Below are positions 1-9,546 of a stretch of 64,000 nt of DNA, piece after piece. The position numbers were made by a program, and so were the translations under genes. A model generated the notes under the pieces. It saw only the letters and a program-made list of their open reading frames with translations. It was not told the DNA's origin and did not search any database. Source of the DNA: Limisphaerales bacterium (GTDB lineage Bacteria > Verrucomicrobiota > Verrucomicrobiia > Limisphaerales > AAA164-E04); contig OZ242022.1 of assembly GCA_965204945.1 (NCBI GenBank), forward strand, positions 4,245,591 through 4,309,590, in the 5' to 3' direction. Each line of letters starts with the position of its first letter. The first letter of the stretch is position 1.

Positions 1-1058
1 CGAAAGACTATTTGTTAGTCATTGACGAATCACACGCCACGGTGCCACAAATCGGCGGAATGTACGCCGGCGACCGATCTCGAAAAACAACGCTGGTAGA
101 ACATGGATTCCGCCTCCCCAGCGCCTTAGACAACCGTCCTCTGAACTTTAAGGAATTCCAAGCTTTCCAACACCAAACCATTTACGTCAGCGCCACGCCG
201 TCCTCGCGTGAAATTGAGTGGAGCCGAGGCAAAGTCATCGAACAAATCGTCCGACCAACCGGATTGTTAGATCCAAAAGTAACCGTCAAACCGCTTTGCG
301 GACAAATCGACGACCTCATCGAAGAATCTCGAAAGAGAGCCGACGCCAAAGAACGCGTCCTAGTCACCACCCTAACTAAACGAACTGCTGAAGAACTAAG
401 CGACTATCTCAAAGACATTGGAATCCACGTCCGATACCTCCACAGCGAAATCGACGCCATCCAAAGAGTGGAAATCCTCAGGGCACTGCGCAAAGGAGAA
501 TTTGACGTCCTTGTCGGCATCAACCTACTACGCGAAGGACTGGACCTGCCGGAAGTCTCGCTCGTCGCCATCCTTGACGCAGACAAAGAAGGCTACCTTC
601 GCTCCACCACCAGCCTCATCCAAACCGCCGGAAGAGCCGCTCGCCACTTGTCCGGCCAAGTAATCCTCTACGCGGATACAAAAACCAAAAGCATCCAAGA
701 ATTCCTGGCCACCTCCAGCTATCGCCGACGAAAACAAATCCAATACAACAAAACCCACAACATCGCCCCCAAACAAGTTACCCGGCCAGTCGAAGACAGC
801 CTCTCATGGCGCACTCAAGGCCGCGGCAAATCCCCCGCTGTCCTAAAAGACGCTCCGGCAGACCTCGACATACAAGCCGTCATCCAAGATCTGGAAGAAG
901 AAATGATCATGGCCTCCAACAATCTCGAATTCGAAAAAGCCGCCTTGCTCCGCGACCAAATCCGCGCCCTCAAAAAGAAAGTGGAACAACCCGCAACAAA
1001 AACAACAAGACGCTCCACAAAATACCCCAAAAAGAAACGAAAACGAAGAATCCGCTGA
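1..1058 (+). CDS. uvrB: Excinuclease ABC subunit B, C-terminal ~350 aa (5' end outside window)
   Basis: Frame of ORF 12..1058 stays open to base 3 ([21 protein letters not shown]). It has a DESH helicase motif, [11 protein letters not shown], and a C-terminal UVR coiled coil ([17 protein letters not shown]). Confidence 0.95.
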   Translation, partial: KDYLLVIDESHATVPQIGGMYAGDRSRKTTLVEHGFRLPSALDNRPLNFKEFQAFQHQTIYVSATPSSREIEWSRGKVIEQIVRPTGLLDPKVTVKPLCGQIDDLIEESRKRADAKERVLVTTLTKRTAEELSDYLKDIGIHVRYLHSEIDAIQRVEILRALRKGEFDVLVGINLLREGLDLPEVSLVAILDADKEGYLRSTTSLIQTAGRAARHLSGQVILYADTKTKSIQEFLATSSYRRRKQIQYNKTHNIAPKQVTRPVEDSLSWRTQGRGKSPAVLKDAPADLDIQAVIQDLEEEMIMASNNLEFEKAALLRDQIRALKKKVEQPATKTTRRSTKYPKKKRKRRIR

Positions 1059-2367
1059 CTGCTGGCAACCATCGCTTTTGACCGTGAACAACCGCTCTAT
1101 GTCCGAACAACTCGCTCTAAAAAACGTCTAGCAGAAACAAACTCCTATAATAACTTAAACATACCAGCCGGAAAATCGGAATAAATTATATCAAAACTAT
1201 AATAAATAAGGTAGAAAACTATAAAAACTCCGCAAACCCAATCTCCGCAGAGATTAAAATATCAATTCCAATTTCTCACCCGTTCAAGAAGCCAACAGAG
1301 GATCCCCTAGTTTTAATTCCTGCTCACATTCTCCTACATAACAAAAACCATAAATAAAATTGTTCGCCCGCCCCCGCCCATGTTTTTAAAACTTGCTTGG
1401 GAATGAAACTCCAAACCCATATGGCGCACCCCAGACAAAGCGAAAACTACAACATATCAAAAACGCCACTCTCCCAAGCTTTTCAACAAACGCTAAACCA
1501 AAAAACGAAAAGCCCAAAAAGGCTATTGCCCGCCCGTTTCTTCCCACTGACGCAAGGCCTCCTGCATCCACTAATCCCCCCGCCTCATGCCCATCCTCTT
1601 CCAATCAGCACAAAGCCAAAGTAAATGTTTACCTCCAACAATCCTCCCTTGAGAATTCACTACACATCCTAAATCAATTCAGATTGGCGATAGTTTTCTC
1701 TGACAATTCCTGCTTCTGTGAATTCATCAACGCAATATAGCCTCATCTATATCTCTCAAAACGATTTTCCCACAAACACCTACCATCTTCCCTAATTCTT
1801 CCCGGATGTGATAAACTTACCCCTCGCTTTCCATCCCTCTACCCTATCGCCCAGGTTGCAAAGCCTATTGTCCTCATCTACCTATTGATGCGCATGGAAG
1901 AGGGCCTCTTCACCTTAGCATGTAAGTTGTCAGAGAAGGATCTTTTGCACCCGCCCAAGCTATATGGCCGAGTTGTTTTCTGCGGGAGGATTGGGCGCAA
2001 GTTCTGCTGGTGGCATATCCATTTCTCCATCCACGGCGCCGCTAAGAATCGGAGACAAGTCTTGATTGACTTAGCCATTAGCGCGCATTTGCTCCATCTC
2101 TTCTAGCGTCGGCAAGCGAATCGTGCCGTCTTCAATCACCAACAGAGACAAACTCAATCGACAAAACTAACGAGCCAACAGGCTTTGTCTCGGTTGCATC
2201 TCATTATCTTTGGGTTTCATAAGACCAATGAGGAATAACAAGCCAGTAAAGTTATCCGCAGGAATCTCCGTAACCAATCGATACCGAATCCGATCAACTT
2301 GCTCTCTGGTTATATTCTCTTCCCCCGGTATTAGATTCCTTTGGCTTAACATGTTCCCGGCAACGCA

Positions 2368-3249
2368 TCAGTAAACACCCTCCCTTTCCTCTTTCCAAGT
2401 AGGCTGTTTCCAATCTTGGATTTCATTATCCCAGAGTTCACTGGTTGGATGCGGTTGGTTGGGATCGTGTTTGCTGGCTACTTTGTAGCTTTCTAAGGCG
2501 ACTATGGTATTCGCAATTTGAATGGGGTTCTCTCTGGCGCCTTCTTCTTCAAAGATGCGGTAGGCCTGACCAAACTCCGGCAGATAGGGGTATTGCTGCT
2601 CGTAAAAATCGGCCAGCTGTTTGTGACGATTGAGAAGGCGCCATTGTTCCATGATTTCAGGATCTGGTTTTCGGGCATTTTTAACCTCCTGTCTGATATT
2701 GTCTTCTTCTTTGTGTTTTTCTTCGAAGGACAGATCGTCTCTTGCCCAGATTTCCCAGTATTTAGTCTTCATGCCATGCCATAATTTGCCCGATTTCTTC
2801 TCTAATCCTTCTCGGTAGACTTGGAACTTTTCTGTACTGTGCGCGGTGTTACTTTCCGGGTCAAAGACGAGATTTTGGTGATATCGGGGCTGAAAGAGGA
2901 AGTTATCGATCCAGTCTTTGCGTTCGGCGCAAAGCTTGGCGTAAGCGGCACGATCGGCGGCCGCGTCTTGTTTCTTCCACCATTGAGTCGCTCGCTCGTG
3001 GGCAGTGGGAAGGCGTCCGTATTTTCGCATCTCCGTTTTCTCCTTGGCGAGTCGTTCGACAATTTTTTGGCGGATAATTTCTTCATTTTCGGGAGTCAAG
3101 TCAGTTCTGTATTCCTTGAGGATGATGGCATCAATTTTATTGAGCGATATCGATGCCTCCTCTTCCGTGTTGGTCGTCTCTTGGGGAGCAAGGAAGACAA
3201 TGGCGGCCATGACCAGAATGCCTCTCGCAATGATGTAAACACTTTTCAT
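2368..3249 (-). CDS. Hypothetical secreted protein (~293 aa), charged and Trp-rich
   Basis: Long ORF 2368..3360. The internal Met at 3249 gives a signal-peptide-like N-terminus (MKSVYIIARGILVMAAIVFLAPQ). I recognise no family. Confidence 0.55.
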   Translation of the reverse strand: MKSVYIIARGILVMAAIVFLAPQETTNTEEEASISLNKIDAIILKEYRTDLTPENEEIIRQKIVERLAKEKTEMRKYGRLPTAHERATQWWKKQDAAADRAAYAKLCAERKDWIDNFLFQPRYHQNLVFDPESNTAHSTEKFQVYREGLEKKSGKLWHGMKTKYWEIWARDDLSFEEKHKEEDNIRQEVKNARKPDPEIMEQWRLLNRHKQLADFYEQQYPYLPEFGQAYRIFEEEGARENPIQIANTIVALESYKVASKHDPNQPHPTSELWDNEIQDWKQPTWKEEREGVY

Positions 3250-3378
3250 TTCAGATGTTCTCCTTTCTTGTTTGGTTTTTCGTTTATGGCTTGCCGACGC
3301 TCTCGTTTTGGTAGACGGGGTATTCGTATTTGGTTGCGCGTTTGCATAGCGGATGCACACGACGACACCAACTATGTC

Positions 3379-3696
3379 TTATGTTATGTGTTGTGCGCCA
3401 GAGAGTAGTATATCTGGATTTTGAAGTATCTTGTGGCGTCTCCGATCCATTCGAGTCTGCTGATGATTTTGAAATCGATATTCATCGAGTTCTTCCTGCA
3501 TTTCAGCCGCAGTGGGTTCCTTGACGTAGCCTCCCCCAAGAGAAGGTGATGCTTTGAAGCTATCTTTGACTAGGCCGTCAACGGTACCATGTGAATAAGG
3601 GCGTCCATGAGCCATCCGATTTTTGCTCGAGGACTGCGTAGGTTTTGGAGTGGCCGTTGAAATTGGGGTTGTGGCTGACTTCAGCCGGAACTTCAT
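3379..3696 (-). CDS. Hypothetical protein (~105 aa)
   Basis: ORF 3379..3705. The ATG at 3696 lies 2 nt after the stop of the upstream ORF. No recognisable motif. Confidence 0.3.
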   Translation of the reverse strand: MKFRLKSATTPISTATPKPTQSSSKNRMAHGRPYSHGTVDGLVKDSFKASPSLGGGYVKEPTAAEMQEELDEYRFQNHQQTRMDRRRHKILQNPDILLSGAQHIT

Positions 3697-3697
3697 T

Positions 3698-4058
3698 TTA
3701 GTCAAGGGCGGCCGGGCTTAAACTGGAGTCAGTGCCGCTGGTGTTATAGGCTTTGTGATACAATGCGTTGGCTTTGGCGTCGATGCTGCGGCCTTCTGTT
3801 TTCGTACCTGAGTCGTCGTAGGAATAATTTCGTTCGTAATATTCTCGGTTGAGGTAAAGCCATCCGTCAGGTTGCGCATAGGCGGTTTTCTGGAGTTTTT
3901 TTGGAGAACGCAGCATTGAGCGCCTTGTTGAGTACGTATCCGGCAAAGAATTTCACGAAGAAATCTCCGGATTTTGTGGCAAGGATGGGGACGAAGAAGG
4001 CCTCATGCGTTCTTTGATGATAGAAAACGCCGGTAGCAGTGATTGCGAGAGTGGCCAC
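3698..4058 (-). pseudogene. Hypothetical ~119-aa protein split into two frames at an A7 run
   Basis: ORFs 3867..4058 and 3698..3946 overlap. They join as ...NAAFSKK/LQKTAYAQPDGW... if the A7 run (T7 on + strand, 3896..3902) is read as A6. Confidence 0.3.
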
Positions 4059-4617
4059 TAGGGCGGTTTTCTTGCGCTAGTTCCATTGATTGAGCCGTTG
4101 GCGTAGAGGATGGAGTTTCGCTGACAAGCGAGAGACTGCGTTGACGGCGAGCATTTCAACCTTCCACAGGATGTCTTCCGGCCAGCGCAGGAACCAAGGT
4201 GTCTTCTTCGCATTCATTTCATTGTTAGGATTATCTTGACCGATTCGAGAGGAATTGTTAAGTGAGTTTTTGCTGTTTAATGGCGCCACAATACAGATTT
4301 CTTTATCGGTTCGTGTCGTTTATTCCGCAATTCGGGTCGATGAAACACACCCTAAGCACCGATCCCGAAACACCCATCCACTAACTTGCTAATTACAAAT
4401 CGAAAATATTAAACCACAAAGCACTGGCCGCTGATTTGCCAGCGCAGGAACTAGCCGGCTATATGTCACTGAGCCGTGGATCCCCGCAAATACCCGGCTG
4501 TTGGAGGAGGCAGACGAATCCACAAATCACAAGATACCGGCCACGAAGCTATGGTGGTTTGTCGTTTTTGTCGCTTGCCGCACAAACAGCCAAAAAATCC
4601 GCATCGCTAAACCGAAT

Positions 4618-5383
4618 CTACGAAGTTGCGGCGGCTTGGCGGCGTTGTTTCTTTTGCATCTTTTGGAAGTGGCGGCGGAGAATGACAAAACCCAAAGCAA
4701 ACAAGCCGAATACAAGGGCATATTCCTCCGGCTCGGGGATGGTGGCGCTGTGGAAGCGCAAAGTCACTCCACTCCCCGCAAAGTTCGGGTTCAGATTCGC
4801 CCAGTTGTTCACATTCCCGGTAACAAAATCGCTAACCGGCTTGTTTATTAACAAACCCGATCCCGTCCAAGAAGACGCCTGCCCACTATAACTCCCATAG
4901 TTGAAACCGCTGCTCACCCGAATGCCAATGTTGTCGGCGGAAGTCACATCGTTCATAAACATCCGATTAATCGTGCGGTTGACGGGCGTCGTGCCGATGG
5001 TGATGGTCGGCGTGTTGGTGGCGTTGTTGGCAAAAGGAGACCCCGAGCCCCAAACTCCCGCTATTCTATTACTCACCGACACGATGTCTTTGGAGTTGGA
5101 ACTGGAAAAGAGGGGAGAGAGCGTGATGGTTTGGTTGGAAGGCTTGTTGGCGTTGTAAATGTTGCTGGCCGTCTGCCAACCATCGGCGCTAGAAGCGTTG
5201 CCGCTGGTGCGCAGCGTGCCGGCGGCGCCGACACTGGAGCTGCCGCTAAAAATCCAGATGCTGTTGGTGGGGGTATCCTGGCTGGGATAGACGTCAATGA
5301 TCAACTGCGCTTGGGCGTTGCCCCCCCCCCCCCCCCCCGCAAATGCAGGCGATGGCGGCCAATAAGGGTAGTTTTCGTTTCAT
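4618..5383 (-). CDS. PEP-CTERM sorting-domain protein; signal peptide and body are in different frames across a poly-G tract
   Basis: C-terminus is IPEPEEYALVFGLFALGFVILRR plus a basic tail, which is the PEP motif, a TM helix and an Arg cluster. The body is Ser/Gly/Asn/Thr-rich. The ATG at 5383 encodes MKRKLPLLAAIACIC, followed by G18. The body frame reads GNAQAQLIIDV... (AXA cleavage-like). Confidence 0.75.
5321..5338 (-). repeat. Homopolymer G18 (C18 on + strand) inside the 5' end of the PEP-CTERM gene
   Basis: Counted directly: C at 5321..5338. Confidence 0.95.
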
Positions 5384-5995
5384 AAGAATCTAGTTCGCTG
5401 TCAAAAATCTCTTTGTTTCTAATCGCTCCGCCGCAACAAGTCAAGCACCAAAATCACAAAAAGAGAAAAAAGTTAAGAAAAATTCTTTGGAAAACGGCAA
5501 AATCCGCTCATTCAAGCGCGAAAAAGAGGAATTCGCTGAGGAATGGGCGAGCCAAAGCTGGTTTTGGCGCGAATTGGGGGAGAGTGCAAAACAAGGAAAC
5601 CCTCAAAAAACGCGCAAATTCCATCTTGCTGTTAGCCAAGCGCCTCCTTGCTGTTGCAGGAAAAAGAAAGCTTTGGAGGCGGTTGGCCATCCAATCGACG
5701 CATTGGCTTTCACTGAATCAGCAAGGATGGAAGAGGCAAGAGGCGACGGCGGCCAAGCGGCAAGGCGGATTGGCTTGCGGGATTAGCGGTTGCCGTTCGT
5801 TTGTGGTCATGATTTCTTCTTCCACGGTCAAGTGATGAATAGGATCTCGCTGGCGGGATGGTTGAGTCAGAGCCGATGGCGGCGCGGTTTGCTTGGCTGG
5901 CGCGCATTTGCTGGCTTTTGAAGAGTTGGAAGGAATTTTCTCATGATTGGTTGGGGGCGCTTTTCTCTTCGATTGACCGGTTCGTCGTCTTCGTG

Positions 5996-6074
5996 CTGGC
6001 CGCTGGCTTCGCAAAGAGAGCGTCCAAAAGAGAAAGCCCGGAAAGGAAAATTCTTCCTTTGCCTTGCTGTTTAC
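5996..6074. repeat. Copy 1 of a ~80-bp conserved non-coding repeat (hairpin 6042..6060)
   Basis: Shares the invariant 20-mer GAGCGTCCAAAAGAGAAAGC, a hairpin, and GCCTTGCTGTT with copies 2 and 3. Confidence 0.85.
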
Positions 6075-6261
6075 AATGACCGGCGGCAAGCAAAGGACGG
6101 AATTCCCCAAAAAGCGCGCCGTTGTCGCTTTGCCAATGGTGATATTTTCTTTGGAGGGGAGAGCAAAGTTTCCTTCTCGTATTTTTTTGTGTTGAAGAGG
6201 GGTCGGGGATTGTTGGCAAGAGGGGATCGTTTTTTGAAGGAGGAATTCCCTTGCCGCCAAT

Positions 6262-6340
6262 CTCTGGCCATTGACTTCGCAAAAAGAGCGTCCAAAAGAG
6301 AAAGCCCGGAGGGCAAAATTTGCCTTCGCCTTGCTGTTAT
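6262..6340. repeat. Copy 2 of the repeat (hairpin 6309..6327)
   Basis: Same conserved blocks. It has a 1-nt length difference from copy 1, so any reading frame is not conserved. Confidence 0.85.
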
Positions 6341-6531
6341 GGGGACGGAAGTTTTGCGGAATGGGAAGAACGGGCAAGGACGACAAAACTGCAAAGGGGT
6401 CGAAGATGGGCGGTTAGTTTTGAAGGAGTTCCATTGGTTATTGGAGCTGGGCTGGCTATCGAATTCACCTAAGTGGTGAGAAATTCCATCTTGCCGATTG
6501 TAATAAGCGCCAATCCATTTTGGCCTCGAAT

Positions 6532-6615
6532 CCCTGGCTACTGGCCGCTGACTTCGCAACAAGAGCGTCCAAAAGAGAAAGCTGGGGGAAAATTCTTTTC
6601 CGCTTTGCTGTTTGC
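6532..6615. repeat. Copy 3 of the repeat (hairpin 6587..6601)
   Basis: Same conserved blocks. The 3' block reads GCTTTGCTGTT. Confidence 0.85.
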
Positions 6616-7370
6616 CCATAGCCGGCTTCCGGTTTTCCTATCTTCTCAAGTCAACAATCCCGAAGCCGTCGTCTTTGCCGAGAGAAAAAGGAAATGGGAG
6701 GCATTTTCTCGGCAAGGCATTGCGATTAGAGGGAACGCGCTCTGAATGGATGGCAAAGTTTCGTTGAACTTGCGCGGAGGTCAAGGATTATACTCGGCTT
6801 GCTGTTTTGATCAGGATGGGTTGCGTTCGATGCGGGCGATTACTTTTATGTTGCGCTGGAAATTACTAATACGGCGCCGAGGGTAAGCAATCCGAATCCG
6901 AATTCGGGCTGAAATTGATAATCAAGATATTCAGATTCTAATTCTTCTCGGTGCTTTGAGACCGCATAAACGAAATTATATTGAATTAAAAGGCTAACAA
7001 TCCCGGTGACATAAAGTCAGTTGTATTTTTTTTTTGAACAACACGAGAAGAAGGAAAAGCAAGCCTAGAATCATAACGATCTTTCCGTCTCTCGTGAAGT
7101 AGGGTCCGGAGTTCTAGATGTCTTCTTCCTGATATTCCCAAGTTTCTTCGAATGGGTGGTAGATTTTTGGTACTACTTTTACATAAGGAAGGAAAACTGC
7201 GATGATAAGAAAGCAGGAACCGATCAGGGCGAGAATCTGTTTTAATATGAGGTTGGCTTGGTTGCGGTTTTGCCGAGCGGGTTGCGTTGACTGTTTTTAT
7301 TTCGTTCATAATCTTGCGAGGAGTCGCCGACGCCATTGTTTTCAAAATGCAATTTGGGCGGCGCGTTGGT

Positions 7371-7601
7371 TTAAGGGAGGAAGACGCGCAGGAGGATGGC
7401 GATGGACACGGCAAAGTTCGCGCCAACCATCCATTTTAGCAGCCGCAAATCGGATTCCACGGAAGTCGCGCGGTTCTCGTAGGCCGCGATTTCTTCGGCG
7501 GCGGCCCGCGCTTGCTCTTCCGGCGCTCCGGCTGCTTTTAGCGCGTCGTAGGTTTTGGATAACATCACGCTCATGCGAAAAATGTGATCTTTTCGTTTCA
7601 A
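7371..7601 (-). CDS. Small DUF1640-like coiled-coil protein with C-terminal TM anchor
   Basis: SKTYDALKAAGAPEEQARAAAEEIA...DLRLLKWMVGANFAVSIAILL. It is a paralogue of the 50934..51347 gene. The start is uncertain (Met at 7601 or 7574). Confidence 0.6.
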   Translation of the reverse strand: MKRKDHIFRMSVMLSKTYDALKAAGAPEEQARAAAEEIAAYENRATSVESDLRLLKWMVGANFAVSIAILLRVFLP

Positions 7602-7901
7602 TATGGCAAGGGAAATTTAGCGGGACGCCGGGGAACTTCGTTGAGATTTGTCCGGCGTTCTATTTTGCGCTTGCGTGTTCGGCGTAGTTGAGGCATAATT
7701 TTTGGTCGATTGAATTGATGAGGGCGTTTGCGATCCAGAGGAGCGAGGGATGTTGGGTTCTCGTGAGGCCAAAGGCTGGGCGAGATGTCTTTTATCGAAC
7801 CTTCCATGATTATTAGCGTCGGTTAAACCGAGACTGAGCGGGGTCGTCCGTTTCTTCCCGCCTTGTTGCCGGCGTCTTTCTCTGTAAACCGAAGCGCGAC
7901 T

Positions 7902-9542
7902 ATGCCAAAGCAAAATTCTGAAATTGAGATTTACGACACAACTTTGCGGGACGGCACCCAAGGAGAGGGTGTCAATTTTTCCGTGGCCGACAAAATTCGC
8001 TTGGCCGAGCGCTTTGACGCTTTTGGCATTCACTATGTGGAAGGCGGCTGGCCGGGTTCCAATCCGCGGGATATTGAGTTTTTTGAGGCGGCCAAAGATA
8101 GGAAGTGGAAAAAAGCGCGGATTGCGGCTTTTGGCTCGACGCGGCGCAAGGGCGTTTTAGTGGAGCAAGATGAGCAGGTGCGCTTGTTGGTGGAGGCGAA
8201 GACGCCGGTTGTTACCATCTTTGGGAAAACCTGGCTTCTGCATGTAAAAGAGGTGCTAAAAGCGTCCGCGGAGGAAAATATTCGTATGATTGCGGACACG
8301 GTTCGTTATCTCAAAGAGCAGGGAAGGCACGTGATTTACGATGCGGAGCATGCGTTTGACGGGTTCAAGGACGATTCCGAATATGCGTTGGCGACTTGGA
8401 AGGCGGCGGCGCAGGCCGGCGCCGACACCGTGGTGCTTTGCGATACCAACGGAGGCTCCTTGCCGAGTGAGGTTTACCGAATCACGAAGCTGGCGATGGC
8501 GGCGCGCCGGCCTGTCGGCATTCATACGCATAACGACATTGGCTTGGGCGTGGCCAACGCGCTGGCCGCCATTGAGGCCGGCGCCGTTCACGTTCAAGGA
8601 ACGTTCAACGGCTACGGCGAGCGAACCGGCAACTGCAGCCTGACTTCCGTGATTCCCAACGTCGCCCTCAAGATGAACCGTCCCTGCGTTCCGAAGAAGT
8701 CGATTCGGGGTTTGGCGGAACTCTCGCGGTTCGTTGACGAGATCGCCAACTTGGCGCACGACAATCGGCGGCCTTGGGTGGGCGCCTCCGCCTTTGCCCA
8801 TAAGGGAGGCATGCACGTCAACGCCATCCAAAAAGTGGCCCATAGTTTTGAGCACAGCCGGCCGGAGACCGTGGGCAATCGCCGCCGCATTCTCATGAGC
8901 GATCTGGCCGGACGAAGCAATATCGTCATGAAGGCCAAGGAGTTGGGCTTTGCCATTGACAGCCATACGCCGGAGATCAAAGACATTCTCAAGGACGTGA
9001 AGAAACTCGAACATGAAGGCTACGAGTTTGAAGCGGCCGAAGCCTCGCTGTCGTTGCTCATCCGAAGGCGGCTGGAACACGTTCCCGCTCTTTTTCAAGT
9101 GGAGGGCTATCATGTTTCGATGCGGCGGGACGGCAAAGCGTCGGTGTGCCAAGCGACTACCAAAGTTCGGGTGGGAGAGGAAGTGTCTCACACGGTGGCC
9201 GAAGGAGACGGCCCTGTGAACGCTTTGGATGGCGCGCTTCGCCGGGCGCTTCGGCAGTTTTTTCCCAAACAGTTGAGGCCGGTTCGGTTGACGGATTACA
9301 AAGTGCGCATTCTGGATTCTTCGAGCGGCACTGCCGCTCGGACGCGCGTATTTATTGAGTCTTCGGACGGCAAGCGGAGTTGGTGCACCGTCGCCGCTCA
9401 CGACAACATTATCGAAGCGAGTTTGCAGGCGCTGATCGACGGTTTTGAATATCGCCTGCTTATGCAAAACAGATCGCGTCCGCAAGCGAATAAAAGCCGC
9501 CCCGCTAGTCGGCCTGCCGGCGGAAAGCGCAACGATTCTTAA
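7902..9542 (+). CDS. cimA: (R)-citramalate synthase / 2-isopropylmalate synthase family
   Basis: MPKQNSEIEIYDTTLRDGTQGEGVNFSVADKIRLAERFDAFGIHYVEGGWPGSNPRDIEFF plus the C-terminal LeuA-dimer-like region. ATG at 7902. Confidence 0.85.
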   Translation: MPKQNSEIEIYDTTLRDGTQGEGVNFSVADKIRLAERFDAFGIHYVEGGWPGSNPRDIEFFEAAKDRKWKKARIAAFGSTRRKGVLVEQDEQVRLLVEAKTPVVTIFGKTWLLHVKEVLKASAEENIRMIADTVRYLKEQGRHVIYDAEHAFDGFKDDSEYALATWKAAAQAGADTVVLCDTNGGSLPSEVYRITKLAMAARRPVGIHTHNDIGLGVANALAAIEAGAVHVQGTFNGYGERTGNCSLTSVIPNVALKMNRPCVPKKSIRGLAELSRFVDEIANLAHDNRRPWVGASAFAHKGGMHVNAIQKVAHSFEHSRPETVGNRRRILMSDLAGRSNIVMKAKELGFAIDSHTPEIKDILKDVKKLEHEGYEFEAAEASLSLLIRRRLEHVPALFQVEGYHVSMRRDGKASVCQATTKVRVGEEVSHTVAEGDGPVNALDGALRRALRQFFPKQLRPVRLTDYKVRILDSSSGTAARTRVFIESSDGKRSWCTVAAHDNIIEASLQALIDGFEYRLLMQNRSRPQANKSRPASRPAGGKRNDS

Positions 9543-9546
9543 AGTT

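Noticed and set aside
1393-1740. 115-aa ORF in the C-rich, G-poor tract.
   Set aside because: It has a non-ATG start and a Pro/Lys/Asn/Ser low-complexity product. The ORF length is explained by the scarcity of G, and so of TAG/TGA stops, on this strand.
2071-2352. 93-codon minus-strand reading frame with one in-frame TAG (2167..2169): MLSQRNLIPGEENITREQVDRIRYRL... then a stop, then ...LLVIEDGTIRLPTLEEMEQMRANG.
   Set aside because: I could not recognise a family for either half. A single in-frame stop in a short unconserved ORF is weak evidence for a pseudogene or for recoding.
5996-6615. Possibility that the regularly spaced repeats are a CRISPR array.
   Set aside because: The period is ~268 bp and the repeat core ~80 bp. 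That is far outside CRISPR geometry of 25-40-bp repeats and similar spacers. The 'spacers' are partly homologous to each other, and no cas genes are present.
5413-6745. ORFs of 99-222 aa on both strands across the repeat region (5413..5835, 5718..6386, 5943..6479, 6071..6619, 6473..6745).
   Set aside because: They are built from the non-coding repeat. The three repeat copies are read in different frames because of a 1-nt indel in copy 2. The products are Arg/Lys/Ser-rich low-complexity sequences.
7026-7035. T10 homopolymer in the intergenic region downstream of the small DUF1640-like gene.
   Set aside because: It is not inside or immediately upstream of any supported gene start, so a phase-variation role cannot be argued.
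7114-7319. Possible 64-aa membrane protein (MNEIKTVNATRSAKPQPSQPHIK / QILALIGSCFLIIAVFLPYVKVVPKIYHPFEETWEYQEEDI) that would need a -1 correction in an A4 run.
   Set aside because: The hydrophobic half has no canonical start of its own, and the N-terminal half could be chance. It is too short and unsupported to call.
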